Part shown: positions 1-8,546 of the stretch, in pieces
How positions within the stretch are numbered: position 1 is the stretch's first letter
Layout of the letters: each line of letters starts with the position of its first letter
Source of the DNA: Myxococcales bacterium
GTDB lineage: Bacteria; Myxococcota_A; UBA9042; JABWCM01; BTVJ01
Direction of reading: 5' to 3'
Assembly (NCBI GenBank): GCA_045863395.1
Contig: BTVJ01000001.1
Span: forward strand, 256,001 to 320,000
Length of the DNA stretch: 64,000 nt
Notes under the pieces: generated by a model
What the model saw: only the letters and a program-made list of their open reading frames with translations
What the model was told of the DNA's origin: nothing
The model's database searches: none
Program-made: the position numbers and the translations under genes

Positions 1-311
1 GCTATCCCCACGACATCAAAGGCACGGGCATCTACGCCTACGTGCTGCTGTCACCGGAGGCGGCGGGCACTCCCCACGGAGAGCTGGTGGGCGCGCTGAA
101 GCACGCGGTGCGGGAGGCCATCGGCGCCTTTGCCGCGCCGGACGTCATCCACGTGGCGGACGGCCTCCCGAAGACCCGCAGCGGCAAGATCATGCGGCGG
201 ATCCTGCGGAAGATCGCGGCGGGCGAGTACACCGGGCTCGGCGACGTCTCTACGCTGGCCGAGCCCGAGGTGGTCGACAGGCTCATCGAGCAGCACCGGG
301 CGCTGGGCTGA
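1..311 (+). CDS. acs: acetyl-CoA synthetase, C-terminal part (5' truncated by window)
   Basis: Frame from position 3 reads [14 protein letters not shown]...[18 protein letters not shown]...GDVSTLAEP, the Acs C-terminal signature. Confidence 0.95.
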   Translation, partial: YPHDIKGTGIYAYVLLSPEAAGTPHGELVGALKHAVREAIGAFAAPDVIHVADGLPKTRSGKIMRRILRKIAAGEYTGLGDVSTLAEPEVVDRLIEQHRALG

Positions 312-1212
312 GGTCCTCGAGGCGTATGACGGCGCCTCGCGCTCCGAGCGCCGCGCAGGCTAGCGCGCCGGCCCGAGCTGCGCGGGTGGCCGCGTCGTAG
401 AGCGGCAGGCCGTCGAGCCACCCGTCGAGGAGGGCCGCCGCGTGGGCGTCTCCGGCGCCCGTGGAGTCGACGACCCGCGCCACGGAAGGAGGGATGCCCA
501 CGACCCTGGCACCGCTCGCGGCCACGCTCCCCCGCTCGCCCAGCGTCACGACCACCCAGGGGACCACTGCGGCGAGGGCGGCCGCGACGGCCGCGATCTC
601 CGAGAGACCGCGCAGCGCCCCGATGTCCCTCGCGGCCGCTTCGGAGAGCTGAAGCACCGCGAGCAGCGGGAGCAGCGCGTCGAGGCGCTCGCGGGCAAGG
701 GGCCGCCCTGGGCAGGTGTGGAGATCCAGGGAGACGGGGCGCCCGCTGCGACGCCGGGCCAACGCCAGGGCGGTGTCGGTGACGCGGTCCAGGTGCAGGA
801 GGCGCGCGCCGCTGAGCAGGTCCGCGGGCACGTCCGCGGGGCGCAGCGGCAGGACGGCACGCTCGGGCACCTCGACCCGGAAGAGGCCCCGATCATCGGG
901 CCCCTTGAAGATGAAGCTGCGCTTGGTGCGCCGGCCGGCGCTGACGGCGATGTGAGCCGCCAGCCCCTGGAGAGCGGCAGTCGCCTGGCGCCCCTCCTCG
1001 TCGTCGCCGACCCGACCGACCACCGCCACCGAACGACCCAGGCGGGCAGCGGCGACAGCCGTGTTGTGGGCGCTGCCGCCGCCGTCACGGACGATCTCGC
1101 TGGCGCGTGCAAGGAGCTCTGAGATCGGGGCCGTCGCCGCGTCGGGCGGGAGCGATGGGAGCAGGGCGGTGGCCTCCCAGACCGGATTGTCGCCGCAGAG
1201 CAGATCGATCAT
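283..1212 (-). CDS. PfkB/ribokinase-family carbohydrate kinase
   Basis: [23 protein letters not shown] and DSTGAGDAH PfkB motifs. Confidence 0.9.
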   Translation of the reverse strand: MIDLLCGDNPVWEATALLPSLPPDAATAPISELLARASEIVRDGGGSAHNTAVAAARLGRSVAVVGRVGDDEEGRQATAALQGLAAHIAVSAGRRTKRSFIFKGPDDRGLFRVEVPERAVLPLRPADVPADLLSGARLLHLDRVTDTALALARRRSGRPVSLDLHTCPGRPLARERLDALLPLLAVLQLSEAAARDIGALRGLSEIAAVAAALAAVVPWVVVTLGERGSVAASGARVVGIPPSVARVVDSTGAGDAHAAALLDGWLDGLPLYDAATRAARAGALACAALGARGAVIRLEDLSPAPGAAR

Positions 1213-2210
1213 TGCACGAACAGCCAGTCAGCGCCTTCGCGGAGGCGTGAGCCCAGGAGCGCCTCGCGGATCTGTGCCCGCGCGCCCTTGGCGCCGACCG
1301 CGACGATCAATGGGGTGTCGCGAAGCTCTGGAACCCGCTCCCAGGACAGCACCGGCACCTGCCGGCCGACGCGCCCGCCGATCTTGCGCGGGTCGATGTC
1401 GAAGAAGCCCGCGACCGCGATGCCGACCTCCGCGAGGATCGGTCGCCAGCGCTTGCCGTCGGGCCCTGCACCCCAGATGCGGACGGCGCGGCGGTCCCGC
1501 AGGAAGGTCCGCGCCAGGTGCGCCGCCTTCAGGCGGAGGAAGCCGCTCGCCCCATAGCGGGGGTCGGTGCGGGTCAGCCGCCCATCTCCGTCGCGCCACC
1601 GCAGCAGGACCCGCGGCACCTTGGCCATGCGCACGCCCGCCTCGTGCATCCGTAGCCACAGGTCGTAGTCCTCGGGGAACGGCCCGTCCCGGTACTCCGT
1701 GAGCACGGAGCGGCGCGCCAGGACGCTCGGGTGCACGAGGGGTGACTCCACGAGCCTCTCCACCGCGATCTGTTCGGGCTCCACGAGCCCGTTGAGCCAC
1801 GCCTCATAGTGGCGCATGCCGTCGCTGATGAGCTCGGCGGGGAAGCACTCCACGAGGCAGGATGCGAGGCCCAGCTCGGGACGGGAGTCGAGCAGCCGGA
1901 CCTGGGCCTCCAGGCGGTCGGGCAGGCTCAGGTCGTCTGCGTCCATGCGCGCGATGAGGGGTGCGCGCGCCAGGCGCAGGCCCTCGTTGAGCGCCGCAAC
2001 GATTCCGCGCGGCGGCCCCTGCACGACGCGGAGCCGGACGTCCTGCACCGCGACCGAGCGCAGCAGCTCCAGGGAGCCGTCCGAGGAGCCATCGTCCACC
2101 GCGATGAGCTCCCACGCAGCGAGGGTCTGCGCTCGCACGCTGTCGATGGCCGCGCCCAACGTGGCGGCGGCGTCGCGGACGGGCATCAGCACCGAGACCA
2201 GCGGATCCAT
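1209..2210 (-). CDS. glycosyltransferase family 2
   Basis: MDPLVSVLMPVRD, VDDGSSD, ARMDADD and EDYDLW motifs; start chosen at ATG 2210. Confidence 0.9.
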   Translation of the reverse strand: MDPLVSVLMPVRDAAATLGAAIDSVRAQTLAAWELIAVDDGSSDGSLELLRSVAVQDVRLRVVQGPPRGIVAALNEGLRLARAPLIARMDADDLSLPDRLEAQVRLLDSRPELGLASCLVECFPAELISDGMRHYEAWLNGLVEPEQIAVERLVESPLVHPSVLARRSVLTEYRDGPFPEDYDLWLRMHEAGVRMAKVPRVLLRWRDGDGRLTRTDPRYGASGFLRLKAAHLARTFLRDRRAVRIWGAGPDGKRWRPILAEVGIAVAGFFDIDPRKIGGRVGRQVPVLSWERVPELRDTPLIVAVGAKGARAQIREALLGSRLREGADWLFVQ

Positions 2211-2292
2211 GGGGGAAGCCACATACCGGATGGTCCCCGGCGGCGCAAGGTACTTGGGCGTGGGAGCGGGCTGGCGTATCATCCCCGGTCGC

Positions 2293-2931
2293 ATGAGCAC
2301 CCGCACCTTGTGGCTGATCCTCCTGGTCCCGCTGGCAGCCTTCCTGGCGCTGCGCATCCTGCCACGCCTCGGCCCCCTGGCGCTCGACGTGGCGCTGGTG
2401 GCGATCGCCGCGCTGATCGTCACCGCGCTCGTGCGCAAGCGGCGGCGGCGCCACGTGCCGGACGAGCGGGAGCGCGCGGCCCGCGTCGAGCGGCTGCGGG
2501 TGCGCATGGAGGCTCTGGATGGGCGCATGGAGGAGGTGCGGGGCCACCTGCTGCAGCTCGACGCGGCGCGGGAGGAGACGCGCGCCCAGCTCGACGCGGA
2601 GACCCGCCCTGCCATGATCGCCACGCTGCGCGCCAACCTGGAGCACTACGACGGCATCGAGGCCGCCAACCGCCGCTGGCTCCGCGCCATGGGAGACCTC
2701 CGCGACGTGGTGCGCGAGAAGCTGGACGTCCACGCGGCACGCCAGCGGGCGCTCGAGCTGATGGGGAGCACGCCGCGGGTCGATGCCCTCGACAGCGCGA
2801 CGCTCATCGAGGAGACCACGACCCTGGACGGCGAGCTGTCGGACCTGGGAGCCCGCCTGGACGGCCTCGTGGACCGCCTGGAAGCGACCGCCGAGATCGA
2901 GGAGCTGGTGTCCAGATACAGGGAGCCTTGA
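2293..2931 (+). CDS. hypothetical membrane protein (two N-terminal TM helices, coiled-coil)
   Basis: MSTRTLWLILL hydrophobic N-terminus followed by a charged helical region. Confidence 0.7.
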   Translation: MSTRTLWLILLVPLAAFLALRILPRLGPLALDVALVAIAALIVTALVRKRRRRHVPDERERAARVERLRVRMEALDGRMEEVRGHLLQLDAAREETRAQLDAETRPAMIATLRANLEHYDGIEAANRRWLRAMGDLRDVVREKLDVHAARQRALELMGSTPRVDALDSATLIEETTTLDGELSDLGARLDGLVDRLEATAEIEELVSRYREP

Positions 2932-2941
2932 CAGATACTTC

Positions 2942-2970
2942 TTGACCTGCACCCCTGTTCATCATCTAAT
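2942..2970 (+). promoter_or_regulatory. putative sigma70 promoter TTGACC-N17-TCTAAT
   Basis: Near-consensus hexamers with 17-bp spacing upstream of the PPIase-mnmE genes. Confidence 0.5.
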
Positions 2971-3116
2971 TCGAGCCTGAGCCGGCAGGCGATTTGCCCA
3001 CGAACCATTTCGGCGGGTCCCTGAGTCGAGCCGGTTGGAGTTGATACGAGGCCATCGTTCCCCCCGCACCCCCCCGGGAGACGAAGCGTTTGGCGGTGGG
3101 CAGCAGGAGAGAGTCG

Positions 3117-3611
3117 ATGGTCGCGCGAGAGAAGAACCACCCGTCCCTTCACCCGGAGGAGCCACTGAAGGTCCGCAAGAACCGCCAGGTCACCCTCCAC
3201 TACCGCATCCTGCTCGCGACGGGCGAGGAGTTCGACGCCTCCCCCGCGGACAGCCCGCTCCAGTTCATCTGTGGCCGAGGCGAGACCATCGTGGGGCTGG
3301 AGAAGCGCATCATGGGTCTGGAGGCCGGTGACACGAAGCAGTTCGTCGTGCCGCCCGAGGAGGCCTTCGGCCCACGGGAAGAGTCGCTGATCCGGGTGAT
3401 GCCACTTGACGAGGTCCCGGGAGGCACCCCCACGGTGGGGCGCGTGATCCCCATCCGGGACAAGGGCACCGAGGTGGTCTTCCGCATCGTGGAGGTGGCC
3501 GACGACCACGTGGTGGCCGACTTCAACCACCCGCTGGCGGGGCAGTCGCTCCGGTACGAGGTCACCATCGTCGACGTGGACGACCCGCCCAGCGACCCGA
3601 TCTTCTTCTGA
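3117..3611 (+). CDS. slyD: FKBP-type peptidyl-prolyl isomerase, SlyD/SlpA family (no His-rich tail)
   Basis: VTLHY, GLEKRIMG, PPEEAFG and DFNHPLAGQSL motifs; AGGAG SD. Confidence 0.85.
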   Translation: MVAREKNHPSLHPEEPLKVRKNRQVTLHYRILLATGEEFDASPADSPLQFICGRGETIVGLEKRIMGLEAGDTKQFVVPPEEAFGPREESLIRVMPLDEVPGGTPTVGRVIPIRDKGTEVVFRIVEVADDHVVADFNHPLAGQSLRYEVTIVDVDDPPSDPIFF

Positions 3612-3647
3612 TCCGCAGCTCACTCCGACGACTCGGGCCGCGCGCCC

Positions 3648-4988
3648 ATGCTTGACGACACCATCGCCGCCATCGCCACCGGCCCCCAGAGCGCCGCTGT
3701 GGCCATCGTCCGCCTGAGCGGACCCGACTCCGTTGCTGTGTGCATGCGCCTCGTGCCGGGACTGGGGCGAGGCTGGGAGCCTCGGCGCCTGACCCTGCGC
3801 CGCGTCGTGGACAACGCAGGCACCCCGCTGGACAGGGCGCTCGTGGTGGTGATGCCGGGACCCACGACCTTCACGGGGGAGGACGTAGTGGAGCTGCACA
3901 TCCACGGCGGCACCGTCCAGGCGCGGCGCGTCCTGGATGCCGCGCTCGCGGCGGGCGCGCGGATGGCGGCGCCAGGCGAGTTCAGCCGCCGGGCGTTCCT
4001 CAACGGGCGCATGGACCTGGCGCAGGCCGAGGCCATCGCCGACATCGCGGGCGCCCGGAGCTACGCGGCCCTGGACGCAGCGCAGGCCCAGCTCGGCGGC
4101 GTCCTGTCGCGGGAGGTGGAGGCGGTGCGCGACCGCATCGCGACGCTCCTCGCCCGGGTCGAGGTGAACATCGACTTCTCCGCAGAGGACGTCCCCACCT
4201 TCCCGCTCCGTGAGCTCGCGACCTCCATGGATGAGGAGCGTGCAGCCCTGGAGCGCCTCGCGGGCACGTTCGAGCGGGGCCGCGCCCTGCGGGAGGGGCT
4301 GCACGTGGCGCTGATCGGCCGCCCCAACGTCGGCAAGTCGAGCCTCTTCAACGCCCTGCTCCAGGAGTCCCGGGCCATCGTCACGCCCATCCCCGGGACG
4401 ACCCGCGACCTCATCGAGGAGACTGCGTCCATCCGGGGCTACCCGGTGGTGCTCGTAGACACGGCAGGGCTGCGAGACACGGAGGACCCCATCGAGCGGG
4501 AGGGCATCGCGCGGACCCGGGCTCGCCTTCTGCGAGCCGACGTCGTTGTCCGCGTCTTCGATGGGTCGCGACCCCCAGGCCCCGAGGACGAGCTGACAAG
4601 AGATGCAGGGAGCGACCGCGCCCTGTCGGTGCTCAACAAGCGCGACCTCGGCCTGGACCCGGCCTGGGCCCCCACCCTGCTGCGGGTCTCCGCCACCACC
4701 GGCGAGGGCATCGAGGCACTGGCGGACGCGCTCCTGGAGGCGGCGGGGCTGGATGAACCGCTCGCGACCGAGGCGGCCGTCGTCACACGGGCACGCCACC
4801 GGGCAGCCCTGGACCGGGCAGTCGAGGCGCTGGCGCAGGCGGCGGAGGCCGCTCGACTCTCTCTGCCGCACGAGATCGTCGCCGGGGAGCTCCAGCTCGC
4901 GCTCCTGGCGCTGGGAGACATCGTGGGAGCGACCACGGCGGAGGACATCCTCGACCGCATCTTCGCCACATTCTGCATCGGGAAATAG
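3648..4988 (+). CDS. mnmE: tRNA modification GTPase MnmE
   Basis: DTIAAIAT, GRPNVGKSS, GTTRD, DTAG, NKRD and terminal FCIGK. Confidence 0.98.
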   Translation: MLDDTIAAIATGPQSAAVAIVRLSGPDSVAVCMRLVPGLGRGWEPRRLTLRRVVDNAGTPLDRALVVVMPGPTTFTGEDVVELHIHGGTVQARRVLDAALAAGARMAAPGEFSRRAFLNGRMDLAQAEAIADIAGARSYAALDAAQAQLGGVLSREVEAVRDRIATLLARVEVNIDFSAEDVPTFPLRELATSMDEERAALERLAGTFERGRALREGLHVALIGRPNVGKSSLFNALLQESRAIVTPIPGTTRDLIEETASIRGYPVVLVDTAGLRDTEDPIEREGIARTRARLLRADVVVRVFDGSRPPGPEDELTRDAGSDRALSVLNKRDLGLDPAWAPTLLRVSATTGEGIEALADALLEAAGLDEPLATEAAVVTRARHRAALDRAVEALAQAAEAARLSLPHEIVAGELQLALLALGDIVGATTAEDILDRIFATFCIGK

Positions 4989-4989
4989 A

Positions 4990-5055
4990 GGGTCAAGTCT
5001 ACTCACATCTCATATTCTGGCGTGCCAGAATATGAGATGTGAGTAGACTTGACCC
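4990..5055. repeat. perfect 32-bp inverted repeat (REP/MITE-like palindrome, copy 1)
   Basis: GGGTCAAGTCTACTCACATCTCATATTCTGGC-GT-GCCAGAATATGAGATGTGAGTAGACTTGACCC. Confidence 0.95.
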
Positions 5056-5059
5056 CCAC

Positions 5060-5716
5060 CTACCGGGTGACAATCTCCGACACCAGCCACTCCCACCCTC
5101 GCTTGTAGAGGGTGAAGCGCCAGACGGGAGCGGTCTCGTCCGCACCCGTGAGCGGGGGATGGCGGAAGTGCACGAGCGCGGTCTCCCCGCGAAGCTCGAC
5201 CTCCAGCGTCGCCAGCGACTTCTCCAGGTCGTCGGGGCTCGCGACCCGATCGATCCAGGCGGCGGTCTCCCGCGCGAAGGACCGGATGGACTCCCGGCGC
5301 TCGTCGATACGGGCCTCACGCCAGAGCGCGACCCACTCGTCTCCATGGCGCTGGCCGTCGTGGACCATCAGGGAGGACTCCAGGTAGGGAATGGAGCTTC
5401 GCCCGCCGTCTCTCTTCGCAATGGCCTGGACGTAGTTGGTGAAGGCGGTCTGTGGGTCGCCGCAGTCCTCGCGGCAGCCGCCGACCATGATCTCCCGCTT
5501 GGCTGCGTGGCTGGCCAACATCTTCTCGGCGGCGACCGCCGCCTCCTCCGAGCCGGGCTCGTGCTCACCCTCCGTCCCCACGGGGGGGGTGACCGGCAGC
5601 GAGGGCGGTTTCTCAGGAAGCGTGGCCGAGGTGGGCGCCGCCTCCTTTCTGCAGCCAGCGACCGCGGCAAGCAGCACGAGAAGGCCGAGGAGTCCACGGG
5701 GGTCAAGTATACTCAT
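5060..5716 (-). CDS. hypothetical lipoprotein
   Basis: Hydrophobic signal ending AVAGC lipobox, Pro-rich linker, globular domain. Confidence 0.75.
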   Translation of the reverse strand: MSILDPRGLLGLLVLLAAVAGCRKEAAPTSATLPEKPPSLPVTPPVGTEGEHEPGSEEAAVAAEKMLASHAAKREIMVGGCREDCGDPQTAFTNYVQAIAKRDGGRSSIPYLESSLMVHDGQRHGDEWVALWREARIDERRESIRSFARETAAWIDRVASPDDLEKSLATLEVELRGETALVHFRHPPLTGADETAPVWRFTLYKRGWEWLVSEIVTR

Positions 5717-5762
5717 ATCTCACTTCTCTCCGAAAAATGAGATATGAGTATACTTGACCCCC
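5698..5762. repeat. perfect 25-bp inverted repeat (REP/MITE-like palindrome, copy 2)
   Basis: GGGGGTCAAGTATACTCATATCTCA-N15-TGAGATATGAGTATACTTGACCCCC; arms closely related to copy 1. Confidence 0.95.
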
Positions 5763-6541
5763 TCGCGCCACTTGAAGGTGGGGTGGACCTCCGTTGTGAG
5801 GCCCCGGGCCTCCAGCATGGCGGCCACCTCACGGCCAGGCAGGCCGGAGACTCTCAGCCAGGCGTGGCACGCAGGGCCAATCACGTGTTGGGCGCCCAGG
5901 GCGAGCTCGAGCATCGCCGGAGGGGGCGCCGGCACGAGCAGGGCCGCGGTGGACACGCGATCCCTGAGGGTGGCCGACGCGGGGCCCCGCATGCGGCGAA
6001 GCGCTGCGGCAACCTCCGCAGGAGCGACCACGACGCCGACCGGGGTGTCGCCCGCCGTCGACAACACCTGGATGGCGTGGGAGTCGTCGGGGAGCCCCCC
6101 GGCCCTCCTGTCGACGATCACCCATGGACGGGGCGCGTCCAGGCGCGCCAGCGTAGACAAGATCACGGCCGCGTCCCCCGTCACGGGCGCCGGGTCGCCC
6201 GGCTCCGCCACGAGCACCGCCGCACAGCTCGCCGCGACCAGGAGCAGCCCGTCCATCCGCGCGTGGAGCGAGGCGTCCCTGCCCGCGTCGATGACCCTGG
6301 CACCGCAGGAGATGGGTACGCGGAAGTGGTCATCGGGACATGGCTCGAAGGTGGCAACCCGGTCACCCGAGGCGAGCAGCGTGCGCAGCACCAGCTCGAG
6401 GGCCGCCCCCGGAGACTCGGCGACGACAACCCGGGCGGGGTCCACTCCCAGGCCGGACGCCGGCTCCCCCGGATCCCGCGGGAGGAAGCGCCTGGAGGGG
6501 TACGCGTCGAGGCGCAGCGGATCGGTCCACGGCGCGGTCAA
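5720..6541 (-). CDS. degenerate class I/II aminotransferase-fold (HisC-like) protein
   Basis: LRLD..YP, GVDPARVVV, LELVLRTLLASGDRV and VIVD resemble HisC but no PLP-lysine motif; TTG start overlaps upstream TGA. Confidence 0.55.
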   Translation of the reverse strand: MTAPWTDPLRLDAYPSRRFLPRDPGEPASGLGVDPARVVVAESPGAALELVLRTLLASGDRVATFEPCPDDHFRVPISCGARVIDAGRDASLHARMDGLLLVAASCAAVLVAEPGDPAPVTGDAAVILSTLARLDAPRPWVIVDRRAGGLPDDSHAIQVLSTAGDTPVGVVVAPAEVAAALRRMRGPASATLRDRVSTAALLVPAPPPAMLELALGAQHVIGPACHAWLRVSGLPGREVAAMLEARGLTTEVHPTFKWREGVKYTHISFFGEK

Positions 6542-8388
6542 GCGACCCGTCGGCGCAGCGCCAGAAGAAGCAACAGCCCGGCCACGGGAGCCGCCCCGCC
6601 TCCACCCGCCGCGCACCCGGACGACGCGGCGGTCGGAGCCACCTGCTGCGGCTCCGCAGTCCCCGGTCCGAAGGCCCCACCGCCGCCCCCACCGGCCGGC
6701 AGCGGCGCATAGCCCGCGTTGCCGGGCGCCCAGTGGTTGGCGCCAATGGTGACGGGCGCGGGCGCCGTCGACGTCCCCCCGGGGAGCGCCGGCTCCCAGT
6801 GGCTGCCCCCCATGCTGACAGGCCCCCCCGGCTCCGGATCGTCGCCAGGGTCCGTCACCGGGTCGGGGTCCGTCACCGGATCGGGGTCCGTCACCGGGTC
6901 GGGGTCCGTCACCGGGTCGGGGTCCGACACCGGATCGGGGTCCGTCACCGGGTCAGGGTCCGTCACCGGGTCGGGATCGGGCACCACCACCTTGACCAGC
7001 GCCAGGCTCTTCCAGTTGTCGACGCCCGCCTCGACGATCTTGTCCTCGGCCTTGGTCTCGTAGCCCGGCGCGGAAGCCGTGACCGTATACGTGCCTGCCC
7101 CTACCGTGAACTTGTAGAGCCCGTCGCCCCCGGTGGTCGCGGTCTGCCCCGAGCTGAGCTTGACGGTGGCGCCCGCGATGTTGGGACCATTGAACACGTC
7201 CCCCTCACGGATGAAGCCGAGCAGCGTCCCGGTCGTGGGTGGAGGCGTCGTGCCGCCTCCGCCGCCCGTGACGTAGCTCATGTACTTGTCCCAGTTCCAA
7301 TTGGACCCCGGGTCCGTGTGGCAGCCCTTGCCGCCGCCGTTCGGGTTGGCGCACCCGGGGACCTCATGGTGGCCGATGATGTGCTTGCGGTCCTTGGGGA
7401 TCCCGTACTTGTCGCAGATGGCGGCGGTCAGCTTCGCCGACTCCTTGTACATGGCCTCCGTGTACCACGACGCGTCCGAGACGAAGCCCTCGTGCTCGAT
7501 GCCGATGCTCTGCTCGTTGTACGTCCAGTTGCCGGCATGCCACGCGATGTCCTTCTCGAGCACCGACTGGGTGATCGCCCCATTGCTGGACTTGACGCTG
7601 TAGTGCGCGCTCACCTGCGAGGAGCAATTGGCGAACCATGAGATGGAGCCGGCGTAGCTGCCCTGCATGGTGTGGATCACCACGTAGTTGATGTTGCCCT
7701 TCTTGCGGTTTGCGGTGGTGTAGTTGCCGGAGCACGCCGACGTGTAGGCGGCCGGCCCGTAGTCCGGCGACGGCGGGATGGACGCGCGGGCGCTCTGGAT
7801 ACGCTCCTTCAGCGACTTGCTGGTCGCCCCAGGGATCAGCACCCGGCTCCCGTCAATCAGCTCGATGAGAGCCCCGTCGTGGACCGTCTGCATGACGTCG
7901 GCGGCGTACCCGTCGGCGGACGCCCCATCGAGCCCGGACCACGCAGCGACCGCCTCCCACCAGTCGTCGGCGACATCGGGCCGGGCACCTCGCGCCATTC
8001 CACGCAGCAACGCCGCCGCGGCCTGGACGTTGGCCTCGGTGAGCGCCGCGACCGCAGCCTCGGGCAACCCCGCGGCCCGGGCCGCGGCCTGGACGGTGGC
8101 GCCCCGCTCCCCGTGCTGGCGCAGACCCATGACCCCCACCATGCCCGGGGCCTCGCCGTGCTGCGCGCCAGGACAGTCCAGCTCAGGCTCGCGCGGCGAA
8201 GACCGCATGCCCGACTCCTGGGCGGCGAGGGCCTGCAACACCTCGACCGGCACATCCCACCGAAGCGCGGCGTCCCGGAAGATGGAGTCGAGGCGCGCTG
8301 CTTCTCCCTCGGCGCCCAGCGCACTGGCCGGAACCAAGGCGATGATGCAGAGCAGCATGGACAGTCGGGACATCGCAAGTCGTCTCAT
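6538..8388 (-). CDS. N-acetylmuramoyl-L-alanine amidase (Amidase_2) with lysozyme-like N-domain, carboxypeptidase-regulatory-like domain and MYXO-CTERM tail
   Basis: VVIHT, SAHY, AWHAG, SIGIEHEG, IIGH..HTDPG; tail SSGCAAGGG..LLLLLALRRR. Confidence 0.9.
   Translation of the reverse strand: MRRLAMSRLSMLLCIIALVPASALGAEGEAARLDSIFRDAALRWDVPVEVLQALAAQESGMRSSPREPELDCPGAQHGEAPGMVGVMGLRQHGERGATVQAAARAAGLPEAAVAALTEANVQAAAALLRGMARGARPDVADDWWEAVAAWSGLDGASADGYAADVMQTVHDGALIELIDGSRVLIPGATSKSLKERIQSARASIPPSPDYGPAAYTSACSGNYTTANRKKGNINYVVIHTMQGSYAGSISWFANCSSQVSAHYSVKSSNGAITQSVLEKDIAWHAGNWTYNEQSIGIEHEGFVSDASWYTEAMYKESAKLTAAICDKYGIPKDRKHIIGHHEVPGCANPNGGGKGCHTDPGSNWNWDKYMSYVTGGGGGTTPPPTTGTLLGFIREGDVFNGPNIAGATVKLSSGQTATTGGDGLYKFTVGAGTYTVTASAPGYETKAEDKIVEAGVDNWKSLALVKVVVPDPDPVTDPDPVTDPDPVSDPDPVTDPDPVTDPDPVTDPDPVTDPGDDPEPGGPVSMGGSHWEPALPGGTSTAPAPVTIGANHWAPGNAGYAPLPAGGGGGGAFGPGTAEPQQVAPTAASSGCAAGGGGAAPVAGLLLLLALRRRVA
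6848..6973. repeat. 7 x 18-bp coding tandem repeat (DPVTDP linker)
   Basis: Consensus GGGTCCGTCACCGGGTCG repeated seven times inside the amidase gene. Confidence 0.95.
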
Positions 8389-8546
8389 GGCAAGGCTCCT
8401 GGAGTCAGGGTCCGACAGGCGAGGGTAGCACAGGATGCCACCACGAGGAAGCAGGCGGCCGCGCCGACAGTGCGCGCGGGGGCCCGGGATGCTTGCCACC
8501 CGTGGGCGGACCGGCTACGCTCGGTCTCACTCCCGGGAGGTGCAGG

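Noticed and set aside
4990..5762. Palindromes as integron attC sites
   Set aside because: No RYYYAAC/GTTRRRY ends, no extrahelical bases and no integrase
6848..6973. Regular repeats resembling a CRISPR array
   Set aside because: Contiguous 18-bp units with no spacers, encoding a protein linker; no cas genes
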